A stretch of DNA of 64,000 bases from an uncultured Cryomorphaceae bacterium (GTDB lineage: Bacteria; Bacteroidota; Bacteroidia; Flavobacteriales; Schleiferiaceae), in NCBI GenBank assembly GCA_937129395.1, contig CAKZNE010000134.1, positions 18,196 through 82,195 of the forward strand, read 5' to 3'. Positions within the stretch are counted from its first letter, which is position 1. Every line of letters starts with the position of its first letter. This document shows positions 58,999-64,000 of this stretch, one piece after another. Below the pieces are notes generated by a model. The model was not told the DNA's origin, made no database searches, and was given only the letters and a program-made list of their open reading frames with translations. Position numbers and translations under genes: made by a program.

Positions 58999-59162
58999 AA
59001 TGAATGAGCTATGGTTTAGATGATTTCTTAAAAATACTTAAACAATGATAGTCCACATGAAAGAACCCCACAAAAGAAATCAGACCAAAGAAGAATTGAG
59101 CTGATAAAGCAAGAATTTAAGGAATTAATTTAAGAGTTTTTTGTTCGTTTTGTGAATTATTC

Positions 59163-59687
59163 TCATCTCCACCGATTTACCTGAACCTTAACTCCCAAGG
59201 AAAAAATTGTGAAAATTTCAACATCCCCATTGTAAATGAAAGGGCCTGTGGCCAAACACTCGGGGATGATGTTTACATATTTAAAAGGAATTTTATAACC
59301 CATTCTATACCCTGGTAAAAAAAGATGGTTAAAACTCTTATGTTCACTGTATAAATTAGGCGCCCTTTGGTAAACAGGTCCAATTCCATAATAGAATCGG
59401 GAACGTGGATGAGACTTATAATCCGCCAGCAATCCAAGAGTAAAACTGTAATAAAACTGTCTTGCGTGGAGACTTTGGGCAAAAGATCCCAAGGACCATT
59501 GATCACCAAGTTTGTAGTCAAGTCCAAATTGAAAGGAATAGTTTAAAACCTCAGCTTCGGAGGCGTGACTTAGCAAAAGTCCAGCGTTTAACTTCAGGTT
59601 CTGTCCCTTCTTCTTTTGCCCTGTTGCAGGAAGATGAAAGAAACAAATAAAAAGAAGGGCTAAAAAAAATGAATGCGACAATTTCAT
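59163..59687 (-). CDS. Small outer-membrane beta-barrel-like protein
   Basis: Signal peptide MKLSHSFFLALLFICFF..; alternating aromatic/hydrophobic strands. Confidence 0.4.
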   Translation of the reverse strand: MKLSHSFFLALLFICFFHLPATGQKKKGQNLKLNAGLLLSHASEAEVLNYSFQFGLDYKLGDQWSLGSFAQSLHARQFYYSFTLGLLADYKSHPRSRFYYGIGPVYQRAPNLYSEHKSFNHLFLPGYRMGYKIPFKYVNIIPECLATGPFIYNGDVEIFTIFSLGVKVQVNRWR

Positions 59688-59739
59688 GTTTAGGAGCTTA
59701 GTAATGCCAAGATAAACAATTTATGACTTTAATAAAAGC

Positions 59740-59747
59740 TACTTTTG
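59740..59747 (+). promoter_or_regulatory. -7 box TACTTTTG (DEAD-box helicase)
   Basis: Exact match 22 nt upstream of GTG 59769. Confidence 0.45.
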
Positions 59748-59768
59748 CCGCAACAAAAAAGCAGAATA

Positions 59769-60887
59769 GTGAGCACTTTTAAGGAATTGGGGATTAGTTC
59801 TAAATTAATCAAAGGTTTGAAGGACCTCAACATTATTGAGCCAACAGAAATTCAAGAAGAGGTAATTCCTCTTTTATTGGAAGGCCCGATAGATTTAGTT
59901 GGACAAGCCCAAACTGGTACAGGAAAAACTGCAGCATATGGCCTACCCCTCTTGCATAGAATAAACCCAAAACTTCCGGTGGTACAAGGATTAATTCTAT
60001 GTCCTACTCGCGAATTAGGTCAGCAAGTAGCAAAGCAATTGTTCCGATTTACCAAATACACCGATAAAATTTTTACCGAAGCGGTTTATGGTGGTGCGCC
60101 TATTGACAAACAAATTTCTGCTTTAAGAAGACCTACTCACATTATTGTAGCTACTCCCGGTAGACTATTGGATCTTTTGGAAAGAAAAGCGGTGGACCTC
60201 AGCGAAGTGAAAACTGTAATATTGGATGAGGCCGACGAAATGTTGACCATGGGTTTTAAAAAGGATTTAGATCAAATTTTAAAAACACTTTCTACAGCTC
60301 AGTGTAAATGGCTTTTTTCTGCAACCATGCCTCATGGAATTCGTGAAATTGTAAACCAACATTTACGAGAAAATGCGCATCGCATTGAGGTTGCTGGTCA
60401 TAATACCCTTAATAAAAACATACAGCATCAGTATCTTTTATGTGATGAGTCTGAAAAATTATACTGGCTACAAAAGCTCATAAAATCCGATCCTGAAAAA
60501 AGGGGAATCGTTTTCTGTAAAACAAAAGCTGCCACACAAAAGCTAGCTAAACAATTGGTAGCAAAAAACATTTCGGCAGATGCCATTCACGGTGACCTTT
60601 TACAAAAGGAAAGGGATAAAGTAATGCGTGCTTTTAAAAATGAAAGTCTGCAAATACTAGTAGCTACAGACCTAGCCGCCAGGGGTTTGGATGTAGAAGC
60701 ACTAGCTTATGTAGTTCATTACCAATTACCGGATCAAGACGAGTATTTCACACATAGAAGTGGAAGAACGGCAAGGGCAGGGAAAGAAGGAATTTCTCTT
60801 TGTTTGCTAAGCTCTTCAGAAATGAAGCAGATTAAACATTTTGAAAAAATATTTGGAATTTTCTTTTTGCAGGTTACTTCTGTTTAG
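59769..60887 (+). CDS. DEAD-box ATP-dependent RNA helicase
   Basis: Q-motif FKELGI..PTEIQ, AQTGTGKT, PTRELG, DEAD (LDEADEM), SAT, HRSGRTARAG. GTG 59769 preferred because the track TTG 59745 lies inside a TACTTTTG -7 box. Confidence 0.85.
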   Translation: MSTFKELGISSKLIKGLKDLNIIEPTEIQEEVIPLLLEGPIDLVGQAQTGTGKTAAYGLPLLHRINPKLPVVQGLILCPTRELGQQVAKQLFRFTKYTDKIFTEAVYGGAPIDKQISALRRPTHIIVATPGRLLDLLERKAVDLSEVKTVILDEADEMLTMGFKKDLDQILKTLSTAQCKWLFSATMPHGIREIVNQHLRENAHRIEVAGHNTLNKNIQHQYLLCDESEKLYWLQKLIKSDPEKRGIVFCKTKAATQKLAKQLVAKNISADAIHGDLLQKERDKVMRAFKNESLQILVATDLAARGLDVEALAYVVHYQLPDQDEYFTHRSGRTARAGKEGISLCLLSSSEMKQIKHFEKIFGIFFLQVTSV

Positions 60888-60924
60888 GGGGATGTTGATT
60901 GTTTTGGTTATGCACGCTTGTTTT

Positions 60925-61416
60925 CTACACTAAGCTCAATCCGCAATCAGGACAATCATCATCAGTCACAATTAAATCATAGTTACAAGCTGGGCACTTG
61001 AAGGTTTCTTGATTTCCAATTTCCAATTGCGATCGAGGTGGTTTTTTCGTTGGAGATCTTTTGAAGCTTAATTTTGGGTTTAGAAGGAATGTAGTTTCCT
61101 CTTTTATCCATATTGTTTCATTTTCTTTTGTTTCCAGTATGTAATGTTTTTCATCCTCTATTGGTATTCTTATACCGCCAACTTTTAAAGTTGCAAGGCT
61201 AAATTTAATTAATGGCGGTTTTTTAAATGGAGAATCTTGCCAGTCAGAATTATTGGGTTTTCTTTTGTTTTTAAAAGTTAGGTTTTGCTTTTCAAGGTAA
61301 TCTTCTATTTCATTGGAAAAGGGTTTTGTTAGTATTTGATATATTAAGCGAAGTACCAACCACAGTAGGATCACAAATGCAATCCTCAAGCCTATTAATA
61401 TGAATTCGTTGTACAT
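60925..61416 (-). CDS. Orphan membrane-anchored protein with C-terminal zinc ribbon
   Basis: N-terminal TM ILIGLRIAFVILLWLVL; C-terminal CPACNY..CPDCG. Lies 11 nt downstream of the preceding ORF. Confidence 0.45.
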   Translation of the reverse strand: MYNEFILIGLRIAFVILLWLVLRLIYQILTKPFSNEIEDYLEKQNLTFKNKRKPNNSDWQDSPFKKPPLIKFSLATLKVGGIRIPIEDEKHYILETKENETIWIKEETTFLLNPKLSFKRSPTKKPPRSQLEIGNQETFKCPACNYDLIVTDDDCPDCGLSLV

Positions 61417-61427
61417 TTATTTTTCCA

Positions 61428-62138
61428 TTAATTAAAATAATTTTGCTCTATCATTTGTAAAACTATTGATACTTTTTCTGCATAGGCTTTGTCAAATAAG
61501 TCCGCTTTAAAAAACTCTTTTTCAAGGAGTTCTAAAAGGCCTTTACGATTTATGAATTCGAATATTTCCTTTTCGAAAACCTTTCCCTTGAGGTTCAAGC
61601 CCTTGTTTATTAGATCCGTACCATTAAGGTAATAGAAATGCACAAAATTCTTAATGCTGTTATCGTCTTTCGATAAATCCCAAGCATTCAACAATTCAAT
61701 AGGCTGAAAAAAGAAGGAGTAATATTCCAGGTCATCAATACCAATTTCAGAATTGGCACTATTTACAAAACTCAACCAATCTGCAAAAAAGAAATCCCGA
61801 AGCGCTTTTACTTCAATTTCATCCCAAGATTGCCATTTTGCATATTCGAATTTTGCTGTGATTTCAAAAAGGCCTATCATACCCTTTCCGTTTTTTTGGT
61901 TGTGAACTTCAAGAATTCTTGCTAGGAAATGTTTATAGTGTTCAATTTCTCCCCATGTATAAAGTGCGCTTCCATGGTAGGAAACAAAATCATCTTCTTC
62001 CAATTCTCGGAGCTTTTTCGAAGCCAACTTCCTAACATTCTCCTCGTCAATACAACCACAATCACAATGGTGCATATCCGAAGTGGTGTATTTTGAAAAT
62101 ACCGAGTATAGATTTTCTATTGCTTCTTCAATTTTCAT
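61428..62138 (-). CDS. Orphan cytoplasmic protein with N-terminal HHCDCGC cysteine cluster
   Basis: 236 aa, helical, no family recognised. Clean ORF with Bacteroidetes-like codon usage. Confidence 0.45.
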   Translation of the reverse strand: MKIEEAIENLYSVFSKYTTSDMHHCDCGCIDEENVRKLASKKLRELEEDDFVSYHGSALYTWGEIEHYKHFLARILEVHNQKNGKGMIGLFEITAKFEYAKWQSWDEIEVKALRDFFFADWLSFVNSANSEIGIDDLEYYSFFFQPIELLNAWDLSKDDNSIKNFVHFYYLNGTDLINKGLNLKGKVFEKEIFEFINRKGLLELLEKEFFKADLFDKAYAEKVSIVLQMIEQNYFN

Positions 62139-62213
62139 AAAATGCCAAATTAAAACTGGATTGGAATTTTCTAAGGGGCTGTTTTAGGAACATACGATTT
62201 AGTCAACACCAAA

Positions 62214-62729
62214 CTACTTTTCAGTTAACTCAAACCTGTTTACTACTTGCTTAAAATTGATCCATCCAGGAGTTGTTTCATATGTTCGGACTAATTCAAA
62301 ACCGAGTTTTTCCAATACTCTGTTGGGTGCCTTATTTTCAGAATAGGGTTCGCAAACTAATTTTTTCAGACCTAGGTTTTTGAAGAAATAGGGGATTGAT
62401 AATTTCAGAAATTCATACCCAAGTCCAGCTTTCCGATGGTCATTCTTCCATAAGTGCAAATGCATTTTAGCAGATTCTTTAAATTCAATGTTGTTTACAT
62501 TAGTATGCCCGATTGCTTCGTCATCTAACAACCATATTATATAATAAAATTCCTTTTTAGAATAGGGTTTTTGAAATTCCAAATTCAGTTTCTCCAACCA
62601 TTCCTTTTTTTGGGGCAATTTGCTTTTATCAGCTCCCATTTCCTTTAAAAATTCCTCATCAGAATTTACAAAATAGTCGACTATCTTTTCAATATCGGAA
62701 GCTTGTAATTCTCTTGTGCTTAATTTCAT
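62214..62729 (-). CDS. GNAT-family N-acetyltransferase (RimJ/RimL-like)
   Basis: AcCoA motif HRKAGLGYEF (RxxGxG); ENKAPNRVLEKLGFELV tail typical of Acetyltransf_3-like GNATs. Start is 4 nt after the RloB stop. Confidence 0.7.
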   Translation of the reverse strand: MKLSTRELQASDIEKIVDYFVNSDEEFLKEMGADKSKLPQKKEWLEKLNLEFQKPYSKKEFYYIIWLLDDEAIGHTNVNNIEFKESAKMHLHLWKNDHRKAGLGYEFLKLSIPYFFKNLGLKKLVCEPYSENKAPNRVLEKLGFELVRTYETTPGWINFKQVVNRFELTEK

Positions 62730-62733
62730 TTTT

Positions 62734-63288
62734 CTAATTCGTTTTCAAACTATTTAGCGTTTCAAGGAGCCTATAAATTGTTGTACTCGGGTTACTGTGT
62801 TTTTTTAGTTTTCTCGCTCTTTCAATTGCCGCATTGGATTTTTCGTTAAGCCTTGCTTTTAACTGGGTATCAATAATTCCTTTTTTGTAAGTTCGATTCC
62901 GATTGGTCATTTCACGACAGCAATTGCTACTATTGGTCGAGGAGGTTTGGCTTTTGTAATGCAATAAAAACCACAACTCTATGCATGGATTGGAAACTAG
63001 AAGAATTGAATTTTCAATACAAGAAATCTTTTCTAGCATTTCAGGCACATCTAAATCATACATTAAAAAGGTAATATCTTTTTCGTGAGTCGGTTTATCT
63101 TGCTTATAGTTTGCAATATATTCGGCAGATATGTTGTTTCGTCCAATCTTAGCATGAATGTGAATAGAAGGCAATCTATATAAGGATTTCAGATGATTCA
63201 CATAGGATTCCTCCGTCTCTCCTTCACAAAAAACGAATAAGGTTGGATTGATTTTTTTCCCTTTTGGTATCTTTCTTCCCCCGGCCAT
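62734..63288 (-). CDS. RloB-like (Toprim-related) protein
   Basis: TLFVFCEGETEESY, MYDLDV (DxD) and SNPCIELWFLLHY are the hallmark RloB (PF13707-type) motifs as I recall them. Confidence 0.75.
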   Translation of the reverse strand: MAGGRKIPKGKKINPTLFVFCEGETEESYVNHLKSLYRLPSIHIHAKIGRNNISAEYIANYKQDKPTHEKDITFLMYDLDVPEMLEKISCIENSILLVSNPCIELWFLLHYKSQTSSTNSSNCCREMTNRNRTYKKGIIDTQLKARLNEKSNAAIERARKLKKHSNPSTTIYRLLETLNSLKTN

Positions 63289-63290
63289 TT

Positions 63291-64000
63291 TTACTCCTTG
63301 ATGATTGACAGTAACTTTTCACGTGAATTATCAATAATTGGCACAGAGTCAAATCGTCCTTGTAAATAGGCTTTTTCAAGATTCATTGTTTCTCTGAAAT
63401 CACTGTAGTCGTAAAGAGAATAAAGATCAGAACTCCCTTCCTCCTTTTTATTCACAAACCAAATTTGATCTTTTCTGAACCTGCCTAAATCTAAAAGATT
63501 GGTGTTATGGGTAGTGAAAATAAGCTGAGACTTCTCACTCGCGTGGAAAATGTCGATCAAATACTCTACAATTTTGGGGTGGAGGCTATCCTCTATTTCA
63601 TCAATTAACAATAGCTTATCATTTCTTACAACATCCAAAATTGTAAGCATCATAAAAAACAACTTCTTGGTCCCTCCTGACTCTTCTGTAAGGAAATCAA
63701 AGGCGACTTTTGGAGAGTATTTGTGAAAGGTTTTTATCTCCATGCTCTCGAAAATATCGTCTTCAAAAAAAGCCTCCTCAGTATCTAAATTTGCTCGCAA
63801 TTTTTTTCCTTTTTCTTTTTTAAGCGTGTATTTAAAATCTATAATATCACTATCCGCTAATTGCAAAGCCTTTAAAAGTTGTTTTTTATAGGATTTAACT
63901 AATGGTTCAATATTTCGAATCCCATAATTCGAATGCCTTAGGATAAAGGATCCGTGAAAGTAATTGTAAATGGTTTTTGGAATTTCCCTATCCATTTGAC
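63291..64000 (-). CDS. AAA_21/ABC-like ATPase (AbiL-i/RloA-like); 5' end beyond the window
   Basis: ESGGTKKLF signature-like, Walker B LLLIDEIEDSLHP, H-loop LIFTTHN. Frame is still open at 64000, so Walker A is off-window. Stop lies 2 nt before the RloB start. Confidence 0.7.
   Translation of the reverse strand, partial: QMDREIPKTIYNYFHGSFILRHSNYGIRNIEPLVKSYKKQLLKALQLADSDIIDFKYTLKKEKGKKLRANLDTEEAFFEDDIFESMEIKTFHKYSPKVAFDFLTEESGGTKKLFFMMLTILDVVRNDKLLLIDEIEDSLHPKIVEYLIDIFHASEKSQLIFTTHNTNLLDLGRFRKDQIWFVNKKEEGSSDLYSLYDYSDFRETMNLEKAYLQGRFDSVPIIDNSREKLLSIIKE

Noticed and set aside
1-64000. Mobile elements, prophage or integrative island signatures
   Set aside because: No integrase, transposase, recombinase, tRNA attachment site or flanking direct repeats were seen. 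Only the final ~3 kb looks accessory, and its boundary is off-window.

Overview
This is a low-GC Bacteroidota chromosome segment that looks Flavobacteriia-like. The taxonomic call rests on T9SS type A and type B C-terminal sorting domains, recurrent TAnnTTTG -7 promoter boxes, a fused BCKDH E1 alpha/beta gene and a LysRS with a C-terminal extension. Most of the window is core housekeeping: purD, gdhA, gatC, trpS, lepA, the block pdxA/DUF177/rpmF/plsX/fabH/accB/accC, pepA, ribE, dxs, lysS, mutS2-like and a DEAD-box helicase. Four large secreted paralogues with a type B (CHU_C) T9SS tail are interspersed, two of them in tandem. I saw no rRNA, tRNA, CRISPR array, integrase or transposase. The best candidates for something undescribed are as follows. 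(1) At the right edge, an AbiL/OLD-like split pair (AAA_21 ATPase + RloB) is packed 4 nt from a GNAT acetyltransferase and followed by two orphan ORFs; the ATPase is cut by the window end. (2) A four-gene envelope cassette consists of a DUF4331-like fold split into two separately exported proteins, a membrane-anchored TPR protein and a TonB-dependent receptor. It sits next to a repeat- and hairpin-rich 400-nt spacer and a convergent ECF sigma/RskA pair. (3) The tandem T9SS paralogues are conserved in a mosaic pattern. All family assignments come from motif recognition by eye, not from searches.
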